Assembly (NCBI GenBank): GCA_050730415.1
Contig: JBOHNC010000328.1
Coordinates: 1 to 58,786, forward strand
Source of the DNA: Planctomycetota bacterium
GTDB taxonomy: Bacteria; Planctomycetota; SZUA-567; H5-PLA8; JBOHNC01
Length of the DNA: 58,786 nt
Direction of reading: 5' to 3'
In this document: positions 20,393-30,257 of the stretch, one piece after another
How the letters are laid out: every line of letters starts with the position of its first letter
How positions within the stretch are numbered: the stretch's first letter is position 1
The notes under the pieces: generated by a model
Seen by the model: the letters and a program-made list of their open reading frames with translations, nothing else
The model's database searches: none
Told to the model about the DNA's origin: nothing
Made by a program: the position numbers and the translations under genes

Positions 20393-20722
20393 ATGGCCAA
20401 GCGCAACGACCTGACTGCCAGCGGGCTGAGTCTCGCCGAGCTCGGATCGGGCGATTTCATCCTCGGTTTCCGGCTCGTCGGCATTTTCCACTGCGTCGAA
20501 GCCGGCGAGGATTTCGAAGAGCAGGTCCTCAAGCTCATGGCCAATCCGGCCATCGGCGTGGTGGTGGTGCTCGACAGCGATTTGACCAAGCTACGCACCA
20601 CGGTGCGGGCCAAGACCGAAAGCTCGGTCCGTCCCGTGGTGATTCCGATCGGAATGAAAGAAGGCGGCAGCCTGCGGGACCGGATCCGGCAGGCCATCGG
20701 GATCGATCTGTACGCGAAATAG
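20393..20722 (+). CDS. atpF: A/V-type ATPase subunit F
   Basis: It starts 1 nt after the atpC stop. The 109-aa product contains ILGFRLVGI...AIGVVVVLD, typical of subunit F. Confidence 0.8.
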   Translation: MAKRNDLTASGLSLAELGSGDFILGFRLVGIFHCVEAGEDFEEQVLKLMANPAIGVVVVLDSDLTKLRTTVRAKTESSVRPVVIPIGMKEGGSLRDRIRQAIGIDLYAK

Positions 20723-20825
20723 GATGGCCGGCGGGCCGCGGGGCCTTGCCGCCGGAAACGCTTTGGGAACGCGCGCTGCGGCGGACAAAAGCCGGCCGCG
20801 GGCGGAATAGAAAGAGGAGAATACC

Positions 20826-22613
<1,788 letters not shown>

Positions 22614-22731
22614 GATCTGTGACTGGCTGGTGGAAGCGCAGGCATCCAGCCCGTCATTCCTCGCAGCGACTCCCTCCGAATTGAATCGGCGCGAAACCCC
22701 CCATCAATTGGATGCAGGTTCGGCATACTTA

Positions 22732-22763
22732 CGGATAGCACACGCTATCCGAATGGCGCCATT
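22732..22763 (+). terminator. Stem-loop plus palindrome downstream of atpA (possible operon terminator)
   Basis: There is a perfect 8-bp stem, CGGATAGC (22732-22739) pairing with GCTATCCG (22744-22751), with loop ACAC. It is followed directly by the 12-bp palindrome AATGGCGCCATT (22752-22763) and then ATTTTCAAAA. There is no clean U-tract directly after the first stem. Confidence 0.3.
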
Positions 22764-22864
22764 ATTTTCAAAATGGTGGGTGTCCTCGAGTTGGTTCAGT
22801 GGTTTGAAACAGGGCTGGACTATTCCAACCAGGTTCGGTCTGCTACTCGTTACGGAGGGGAATC

Positions 22865-25666
22865 ATGAAAAAGCTGCAACTGGCGGTGGGGCTTTTGTTG
22901 GCCACGGGGCTGACGATCGGAGCGCTGGGTCGGCTGTGCGCCGAAGACACAAAGCCGGTTGATGATTTCGAAAACGACCAGGACATGGGCATGTGGGAGT
23001 TCGCCAAAGGCAAGGGTGAACTGACCACCGACCACGCCACCAGCGGCAAGATGGCGCTCAAAACCGATTCCTCGGCTTATCTCACCAGTTGGAATGTCCC
23101 GAAGGACTGGTCGGGCTACGAAGCCTTCGACATCGACATCTACGTCGCCGGCGATAACCCGGTCGGCATGTCGCTGCTGATCGGGGACAAGGCCTGGCAG
23201 GCCAAGGGTAGCACCTACTGGAACCGCCACAACGGCGAGTACAACCTCCACCCCGGTCAGAACACTGTCGAGATTCCGGTCAACGGTCTGTTTCGCGGCG
23301 AAGCCGGCAGCCGCAACACCGACCTCCACAGCAACATTGATCCCAAAGATATTCTGCGCATGGACGTGGGCTTTCGATTGGCGGCGAAGGGCGTGCCGCC
23401 GGTCGCGATTTACATCGACAACATGCGACTGGTCAAGGAAGCGCCCCCGGCGGGCGTCTACGCGTTCGACCTCGGCCCCGACAGCCAGACTGTTTTGCCA
23501 GGGTTCACCCCGATCAGTTGGGACACCGTGTACGGGCAAAAGGGCAACACTGCCGGCTTGGATCACATTCGTTGGGGCGCCAGTCAGGCTCGCGACGACA
23601 CCTTTCCAACCCGGCTGTACCAGGACTTCGTGGAAATGGGCGACGGCAGCGCCCAGTTCATATGCAAAGTGCCTAACGGCAAATACAACGTTTGGGTGGT
23701 CTACGATGACTGTGGCTACTGGGGCGGTGAAACCTGCCACCACAAGCGCCGTTCGATTGACGCGGAAGGGGTCGAAAAGTACGTCGACGACCGCGGGGAG
23801 GAAGGCCCGAGCGACTACCTTTTCCGTTTCGAAAATACCGAGCCGCTCCCCGGCGACAGCGTCTGGGACCTCTACGTCAAGAAGCTTTTCAAACCCGCCG
23901 AATTCACCACCGACGTTCACGACGGAGCGCTGAATCTGCAGTTTCATTCCGACGCGGGATGGTCGAGCAAAGTGGCGGCGATCATCATCTACCCCGAGGG
24001 CAACAAGGAAGACGCCGACTGGGTGAAAGGGGTTGAAGCGCGCAATAAAAAAGAATTCGAGGATCGCGCGATTTTCCTTGGCCCGAAGCCGCACCCCCTG
24101 GACGTGCCCGAGGCCGCCAAGAACCTGGGCTACTGGCTGGGCTACCCGACCTTGGAACAGGACATTGAGCCGGTGGGCGATCCAGGGCCGGCAACCGGCG
24201 CGCTCAGCCGCACCGCCGCGCTCGGCGAGCGTGTGAGCACCAGTTTTGCCATCCGGCCTCTCAAGGACCTCGGCGCGGGCGACACGACGCTCACTGCCAC
24301 CGACCTCACCGGCCCCGCCGGCACGATTCCCGCTTCCGCCGTCGACCTGCGCTACGTGATGTACGCGCTGCACCGCGGCTTCAACAATATCGCGTACACC
24401 ATCGGGCCGGAGACGCTGCGCCTGGTCGATGGCGCCCACCTCGCGCTGAAGGTTGGCCTCACCCGCCAATTCTGGATCACCGTGGCGGTGCCGACCGACG
24501 CCAAACCGGGCGAGTACAAAGGCGCCGTGACGCTCACCGCTGGCACCCTGAACCTGACGCTCCCGCTGACCATCCAGGTGCTCAACCTGGCCCTGGACGA
24601 ACCCGACTTCGACATGGGCTTTTACGGCCTGGACGTGCCAAGCGGGCTCAGCCCCGAGCGCGCCAAGAACGGCTACCGCGAACTGCTGACGATTCTCAAG
24701 CAAAACGGCATGAACGACTATTCGGGCGGCCCGAACATTCCCTTCACCGGCTTCGATGCCGACGGCAAACCCAAGCTGGATTTCCGCGCCTGCGATGCGT
24801 TCTTCAAGGTGGCCAAGGAATGCGGCTTCACCCGGACGCCGAATGCCTACGGTGGGCCGGGAATGGTGGAAGGCCTTCAGGACGGCTATGTGCTTGGCCC
24901 GACCGCCCACAAATGGATGAAGGAAACCGGCAAATCCTTCGGTGACCTGCTCAAGATCGTCTATGGCGCGGTCAAAGCGCACGCCGAAGCCAACGGCTGG
25001 CCGCGGATCGCGGTGGAAATGGCCGACGAGCCACGCAACATCCAGGGCGAAAAAGACCTGCTCGAATCGATGCACGCCTTCCGCGACAACGTGCCTTGGG
25101 TGTACCTCGGTGGCAGCTACTCGGTGGACTGGGGAACCGACGAGTTCGCGAAATACAGCCAGGAGATTTTTCACACGCTGGCGTTCTCGGCGCTCAACTC
25201 CCACTCGCAGCGCGATCTCGACGAGGCCAAAAAGCAGGGCAGCGACCTGTACATCTACAACCAAGGCACCACCCGTTTCAGCTTCGGCATGTACCAGTGG
25301 GAGGAATACCGGCGCGGTGTGAAGGGGCGCATGCAGTGGCACATGTTGGCGCTTCACGGCTACCAGTTCTTTGACCTTGACGGCCGCGAACCGGATACCG
25401 CGATGATCAACTGGGGCCGGCATGAGATCATTCCGACCCTGCGGCTGCCGCGCTGCCGGGAAGGCGCCGACGATTTCCGCTTTGCGCAGACGCTCTGGAA
25501 CCTTGCCGAGAAAAAAGCCGACACCGCTGCCGGCAAGGCGGCCATCGATTTTCTCAATGGCATCGTCGACAAAATCCCGGTCGGCCACAACGACCGTCCC
25601 GCCGGACTCATGTCCGACGAGGAGTTCCGCGCCAAGTGTATCGAGATGATCCAGGCGCTGCAGTAG
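22865..25666 (+). CDS. Secreted DUF4091/GH123-like glycoside-hydrolase-like protein with N-terminal CBM-like domain
   Basis: GGAGG lies upstream. The signal peptide is MKKLQLAVGLLLATGLTIGALGRLCAED. The beta-sandwich signature FWITVAVPTDAKPGEYKGAVTLTAG is followed by a barrel-like region. The C-terminal part (REGADDFRFAQTL) has the same architecture as the 42972..44621 protein. Confidence 0.75.
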   Translation: MKKLQLAVGLLLATGLTIGALGRLCAEDTKPVDDFENDQDMGMWEFAKGKGELTTDHATSGKMALKTDSSAYLTSWNVPKDWSGYEAFDIDIYVAGDNPVGMSLLIGDKAWQAKGSTYWNRHNGEYNLHPGQNTVEIPVNGLFRGEAGSRNTDLHSNIDPKDILRMDVGFRLAAKGVPPVAIYIDNMRLVKEAPPAGVYAFDLGPDSQTVLPGFTPISWDTVYGQKGNTAGLDHIRWGASQARDDTFPTRLYQDFVEMGDGSAQFICKVPNGKYNVWVVYDDCGYWGGETCHHKRRSIDAEGVEKYVDDRGEEGPSDYLFRFENTEPLPGDSVWDLYVKKLFKPAEFTTDVHDGALNLQFHSDAGWSSKVAAIIIYPEGNKEDADWVKGVEARNKKEFEDRAIFLGPKPHPLDVPEAAKNLGYWLGYPTLEQDIEPVGDPGPATGALSRTAALGERVSTSFAIRPLKDLGAGDTTLTATDLTGPAGTIPASAVDLRYVMYALHRGFNNIAYTIGPETLRLVDGAHLALKVGLTRQFWITVAVPTDAKPGEYKGAVTLTAGTLNLTLPLTIQVLNLALDEPDFDMGFYGLDVPSGLSPERAKNGYRELLTILKQNGMNDYSGGPNIPFTGFDADGKPKLDFRACDAFFKVAKECGFTRTPNAYGGPGMVEGLQDGYVLGPTAHKWMKETGKSFGDLLKIVYGAVKAHAEANGWPRIAVEMADEPRNIQGEKDLLESMHAFRDNVPWVYLGGSYSVDWGTDEFAKYSQEIFHTLAFSALNSHSQRDLDEAKKQGSDLYIYNQGTTRFSFGMYQWEEYRRGVKGRMQWHMLALHGYQFFDLDGREPDTAMINWGRHEIIPTLRLPRCREGADDFRFAQTLWNLAEKKADTAAGKAAIDFLNGIVDKIPVGHNDRPAGLMSDEEFRAKCIEMIQALQ

Positions 25667-25689
25667 CCATCCGCGTCACCCGGTTTAGG

Positions 25690-25713
25690 CGAACAGTCTT
25701 TGCTTCGTTTTTT
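25690..25713 (+). terminator. Weak Rho-independent terminator candidate
   Basis: An imperfect hairpin CGAACA...TGCTTCG (25690-25707) is followed by TTTTTT (25708-25713), about 25 nt after the 25666 stop. Confidence 0.4.
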
Positions 25714-26085
25714 CGCGGCATGCTCCGCCAAGGTTCGGGCCGGTGCCTGAACTCCGCTGGCCCACACCCTCAGCGACCGTTGCCTTCCGGGCCAGCCTCG
25801 GAACTGGCCTTTTTCCATCCCAAACACCCTTTCCTGGCGATGCCCTGGGTGCCAGGTTCTTTTCCTGATTGCCGATATACGGCGGCACCGTCAGCAGATT
25901 CTGGCGGTTACGAAACGGACCCTCGCTCTGATCCAGCCCCTTGGCCGGGAAAATCGGAATCATTGCAAGGAAGCCGGTGTCAGAATCACCGATTCAGGCA
26001 AGTCTGCTATGCTTGGCATGGGAGTTGCCAGAGTTGATGATTGCAGGCGGTGTCCGGCTGCGGATTTGAGGGAGCGGCATTGGAA

Positions 26086-26508
26086 ATGTGGCGTTTGGGT
26101 TTGACCACCATCGCGACGCTGACGATTCTCTTGGATCTGTTGGTGCCTCAACAAATGTGGGTGAGCACGACCTGCTGCACGCGCACTTTGCAGTTCACGC
26201 AGCCCGTGCCGGTCGACTGCCCGATGTCCACGCCACCCGGCTTGGAGGCCGCCGGTGGCTCCCATTGGCTCGCACCCGGCTGCTGGCATTCGATCCGCTA
26301 CCCCCTGCGCAGTGGCGCCTCCCAAGCGGTGCCGCTGGGCTCGGAGCCCGACGCGGTATTGGCGCCCACCGCGCCGATCGTCGCGTGGCTGACTTTGCAT
26401 CGCAAGGCCACAGGCTTTCATTCGGCCACAGCGGTGGTCCTGCCGCCGATTGTCGGCCCTCCAGTCGCGGCCACACCGGACCGCTGGCACGTCCAACTGA
26501 ACCTGTAA
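26086..26508 (+). CDS. Hypothetical small membrane-anchored Cys/His/Trp-containing protein upstream of cusCBA
   Basis: Within ORF 26041..26508, an ATG at 26086 has GAGGGA about 12 nt upstream. The N-terminal hydrophobic segment is MWRLGLTTIATLTILLDLLV. Cys motifs TTCCTRT, VDCPMS and APGCWHS are present. GC3 bias looks coding-like. I recognise no homology. Confidence 0.35.
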   Translation: MWRLGLTTIATLTILLDLLVPQQMWVSTTCCTRTLQFTQPVPVDCPMSTPPGLEAAGGSHWLAPGCWHSIRYPLRSGASQAVPLGSEPDAVLAPTAPIVAWLTLHRKATGFHSATAVVLPPIVGPPVAATPDRWHVQLNL

Positions 26509-26682
26509 TCCTCCGATCCGCCCGCCGCGTTGAAGTTTCCCGTTGACCGGGACTGCGTTTGACGCCGACGGGTTTTTTGCTGCGCTGCCGGCGACCCCTC
26601 GTACGGCAGCACGCGGCCGCCACCGCGCGAGGCAACGCGCCGGCGCCGGCCCGCGCCGGGCATAGGGTCGGAGGAAGCATCC

Positions 26683-28185
26683 ATGAAACGAAGTTTGAGT
26701 TGGAGCGCCACAGTCGCGGCGTGCATGGCCATGGCTACCGCCGCCGGCTGCGCGAACAGCCCGGGGGGCGCCCGGAATGGCGTCGCCCTCACCGATTTCG
26801 ACGGCGCAGCGGCGGAGCGGTTCGGCATCGATCCGAAAGAGGGTGGGGGAGCGTGTGGCTCGCCGGATGCAACGCCATCGGTGTTGCCCGAACACCCGAC
26901 CTTGGACGACTGTCTGCGCTATGCGGCGCTCAACAATCAGCGCCTTGAGGCCGCCTTCGAAAACTGGCGGGCCGCGCAGGAAACCATCGCTGAAGCGCGC
27001 GGGCTGCCCGATCCGAAAATAACCTACTCCTATTACATCCAGCAGGTCGAAACGCGGGTCGGCCCGCAGCGCCAAGCGGTCAGCGTGATGCAGACCTTTC
27101 CCGGCTACGGCAAGCTGGACGCGCGCGAGGCGCAGGCTGATGCCGCCGTGGCTGCGGCGCGCGCGCGCTACGATGCGGCGCGGCGTGCCCTCGTGGCGGC
27201 CGTCACGGCGGCGTACGCCGAGTACTACTATCTGGGGCGTTCGATTGCGGTCACCGAGGACAACGTAAAGCTGCTGGCCAATTTGGAATCGATTGCTCAG
27301 GCTAAACAGCAAGCGGGCGCGGCCAGCGAAGCGTCGGTCATCAAAGCGCAGGTGGAGCTGGACAAGCTCCGGGACATGCTCAAGACTCAGCAGGCGCTGG
27401 CGGCGCCGCTGCGCGCGCGGTTGAATGTGGCACTGGGCCGGGAGGTCACCGCGGCGCTGTCCTGGCCGCGGGAAATTGCCGGTGCGACCATCGCGGCAGA
27501 TGCCGCCACGCTTCAGGCCGACCTTGCGGCGCACAACCCTGAACTGGCGGCGCTGCAGGCCAGCATCGCGCAGGCGCAGGCCGGCGTTACGGTGGCGCGC
27601 CGAAACTTTGACCCCGACGTGACGGTGGGCCTCAACTGGATCGACACCGGCCCCGCGCGGATGCCGGTCGCCGACAGCGGCCAGGATGCTGTCGTTGCGA
27701 GCGTGGGGTTCAACATTCCCCTATGGTTCAATCAATACACTGCGGCGGTGCGGGAGAACCTGGCTCGCGCCGCCGCCGCCGACCACGATCGCCAGGATCG
27801 TGCCTTGGCGCTGCAAGGCGACCTGCAATTGGCGCTGTTTCAATTCCACGACGCCGAACGGAAAATCCGGCTCTACCGCGACACGTTGTTGCCGGAGGCC
27901 GAGCGCTCCCTCGCCACGTTGCAGGCGAGCTTCACCGCCAACCAGGCCGATTTTCTAAACCTGATCGACGCCGAACGAACTCTGCTGGAATTCCAACTGT
28001 CCTACCAGCGCGCGCGCGCCGACCTGGTGAAGCAGCGCGCGGCGATCGAAGCATTGGTCGGCATGGATTTGCCGGGGCAGCCGGAACAGGGCATGGCGGC
28101 GAATGAGCCGACGCCCGCACCGTCGCCATCGGTGTCGCCGCAACGGCCACCATCGTCCGAGGGGCCGGCGCCGAAGAAACCGTAG
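26683..28185 (+). CDS. cusC: TolC-family outer membrane efflux lipoprotein (CusC/CzcC-like)
   Basis: GGAGG lies upstream. A lipoprotein signal with lipobox is present (MAMATAAGCANS). Two OEP repeats are present (LDDCLRYAALNNQRLEAAFENWRAAQE... and NPELAALQASIAQAQAGVTVARRNFDPDV...). It is the first gene of an OMF-MFP-RND operon. Confidence 0.88.
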   Translation: MKRSLSWSATVAACMAMATAAGCANSPGGARNGVALTDFDGAAAERFGIDPKEGGGACGSPDATPSVLPEHPTLDDCLRYAALNNQRLEAAFENWRAAQETIAEARGLPDPKITYSYYIQQVETRVGPQRQAVSVMQTFPGYGKLDAREAQADAAVAAARARYDAARRALVAAVTAAYAEYYYLGRSIAVTEDNVKLLANLESIAQAKQQAGAASEASVIKAQVELDKLRDMLKTQQALAAPLRARLNVALGREVTAALSWPREIAGATIAADAATLQADLAAHNPELAALQASIAQAQAGVTVARRNFDPDVTVGLNWIDTGPARMPVADSGQDAVVASVGFNIPLWFNQYTAAVRENLARAAAADHDRQDRALALQGDLQLALFQFHDAERKIRLYRDTLLPEAERSLATLQASFTANQADFLNLIDAERTLLEFQLSYQRARADLVKQRAAIEALVGMDLPGQPEQGMAANEPTPAPSPSVSPQRPPSSEGPAPKKP

Positions 28186-28202
28186 ATGGGGAGGAAATAT
28201 CG

Positions 28203-30257
28203 ATGAAAACCGAACCGGCGGATCGGTCCAACCGTCCGCTCGAACCCGATCCCGCACATATATCAGAAAGGATCGTTCCGCCGCAGGTGGAGCCTCTGCC
28301 AGCCCCGAACGAAGCCAGTACGCCTCCGGAGAACCCCGGTCCCAGCGCGACGGCAACGCCGTCGCCAGTGCTGCCCAAACCTCCCCGCGGGCCGAAGCTG
28401 CGGAAGATGCTGACTGCCCTGGTCGGAATCGTCCTGCTGCTGTGGTTGGGATCCCTGCTGCCCGGGCCCCTGGCCAAAGTCTGGGCGGCGTTTCGGCCCT
28501 CGCGGACCGAAGTGCGTACGGCGAGCTCCCATGCGCCGCTGCAATATTACACCTGCGGCATGCATCCCTGGGTGATCGAATCCCATCCAGGCGATTGTCC
28601 AATTTGCGGCATGCCGCTCACGCCGATCGATTCGGCCAAGTTCAGTGGCGAAGTCACCATCGATCCGGTCGTTGCGCAGAACATCGGGATCCGCGTCGCG
28701 GCCGTCACCGAAGGCCCGGTCACGCGCACCGTCCGCACCGTTGGCACGATCGCCTACGACGACACTCGCGTGCGCGATGTGGACATCAAGGTCGGAGGTT
28801 GGATCGAAAAGCTGGACGTGGACTACCAAGGTGAACAGGTCGAGGTGGGCCAAGCGTTGTTCGATCTGTATTCGCCGGAGTTGTACGCCGCGCAGGAAGA
28901 ATATCTCGTCGCGTGGCGCGCGGTTGGCCAATTGGACGGCGACACCCAATCCGAATCGGCGCGCTCCGCCCGGGCGATGTTGGCCGCGGCTCACACCAAG
29001 CTCGATTTTTTCGATGTCACGCCGGCGCAGATCGCCGCCCTGCAGGCGCGCGGCACACCGGCCAAAACCATGACGGTGCAGAGCCCCTACCACGGGGTGG
29101 TGATCGAAAAGAGCGCCACCGAAGGCATGAAGGTTTCGCCCGGGACGCAGATCTATCGCATCGCCGACCTGTCCAAGGTCTGGGTGATGGTCACGCTGTA
29201 CGAATATCAACTGCCCTACGTCGAGGTGGGCCAGGCGGCGACCATGCAACTGACCTACCTGCCCGGCCAGCGCTTTCAAGGGACGGTGACCTACATCTAC
29301 CCCTATATCAGCGACAAAACGCATCAGGTGGTGGTGCGGATGGCCTTCGACAACCCGGTGGGGTTGCTCAAGCCCGGCATGTTCGCCACCGTGGACCTGC
29401 AAAGCGTTCTCGCCAAGCGGCGCACGCTGGCGCCACGCTCCGCGATTATCGACACCGGCGAGCGCAAAGTCGCGTTCGTCAGCCTGGGCGATGGCCATTT
29501 TGAACCCCGCCGCGTGGTGACCGGCGCCGAAGCGCAGGACGACATGGTCGAGGTCCTGAGCGGTCTCAAGCCCGGCGAGTTGGTGGTGACCAGCGGCGAA
29601 TTCCTGATCGATTCGGAGGCCAACGTACGCGAGGCGCTGGCCAAAATGATCCGCGGTACCCTGTCAGTCGGCCAGCCGGCGACGGTGGAGGTCGAACCGA
29701 CCGGCGTGCTCCCCCAATTGCCCGTGCCGGTGGCGCAAGACCTGTGTACGATCGTCAATCGCTACTTGGAAATCCAGGCCGACCTCGCCAACGACAAAAT
29801 GGCCGGCGTTGCCAGCCCGGCCGGCGTCATCGCTCAAACCGTGGACAATCTGCTGAAAGAACCCCTACCCGCCGCGCCGCATTTCTGGCAGCATCACCAA
29901 GAAACCGCCACTCTGCGCGGCAAGGCACTGGAACTGGCGCAGGCGAAAAATATCGACGACGCGCGGCTTGATTTCGCCGACCTCAGCTTCGCCCTCGACC
30001 GGTTGCTCCGCGCGACCGGCGTGCCATCGACATTTGGCCGGGAACTCCAGGAACTGCACTGCCCGATGTTCCGTGCCGGGCAGGGCGGCACCATCTGGTT
30101 GCAGTCTGCCGGGGAAGTCCGCAATCCCTATTTCGGTTCGATGATGCTCGGCTGTTTCGACAAACGCGTGGCGCTGCCCGTGACCGGCCAGGCGACCACC
30201 GACGCGGCGAAACCCGAAGGCTCCTCGGCGGCGCCGGATGAAAGGAGGGCGCCATGA
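28203..30257 (+). CDS. cusB: Efflux RND periplasmic adaptor (CusB-like) with N-terminal Cys-rich metal-binding module and C-terminal helical extension
   Basis: GGGAGG lies upstream. The domain order is a Pro-rich N-terminus, a TM segment (MLTALVGIVLLLWLGSLL), the module YYTCGMHPWVIESHPGDCPICGMPLTPI, and the HlyD/MFP barrel-sandwich (VRTVGTIAYDDTRV...VQSPYHGVVIEK...). A C-terminal roughly 170-aa helical domain resembles DUF3347. Confidence 0.9.
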   Translation: MKTEPADRSNRPLEPDPAHISERIVPPQVEPLPAPNEASTPPENPGPSATATPSPVLPKPPRGPKLRKMLTALVGIVLLLWLGSLLPGPLAKVWAAFRPSRTEVRTASSHAPLQYYTCGMHPWVIESHPGDCPICGMPLTPIDSAKFSGEVTIDPVVAQNIGIRVAAVTEGPVTRTVRTVGTIAYDDTRVRDVDIKVGGWIEKLDVDYQGEQVEVGQALFDLYSPELYAAQEEYLVAWRAVGQLDGDTQSESARSARAMLAAAHTKLDFFDVTPAQIAALQARGTPAKTMTVQSPYHGVVIEKSATEGMKVSPGTQIYRIADLSKVWVMVTLYEYQLPYVEVGQAATMQLTYLPGQRFQGTVTYIYPYISDKTHQVVVRMAFDNPVGLLKPGMFATVDLQSVLAKRRTLAPRSAIIDTGERKVAFVSLGDGHFEPRRVVTGAEAQDDMVEVLSGLKPGELVVTSGEFLIDSEANVREALAKMIRGTLSVGQPATVEVEPTGVLPQLPVPVAQDLCTIVNRYLEIQADLANDKMAGVASPAGVIAQTVDNLLKEPLPAAPHFWQHHQETATLRGKALELAQAKNIDDARLDFADLSFALDRLLRATGVPSTFGRELQELHCPMFRAGQGGTIWLQSAGEVRNPYFGSMMLGCFDKRVALPVTGQATTDAAKPEGSSAAPDERRAP

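Noticed and set aside
22850-25588. 912-aa ORF on the minus strand
   Set aside because: It is antisense to the secreted DUF4091-like gene, which has a signal peptide and an SD sequence. It has no motifs.
25685-25963. 92-aa minus-strand ORF in the 25667-26085 intergenic region
   Set aside because: It has no SD sequence and poor codon bias. The translation is low-complexity (Gly/Pro/Arg/Lys) with no motif.
25960-27534. 524-aa ORF on the minus strand
   Set aside because: It overlaps the TolC-family gene (lipobox and OEP repeats on the plus strand) and the small upstream ORF. Its translation is Arg-rich and featureless.
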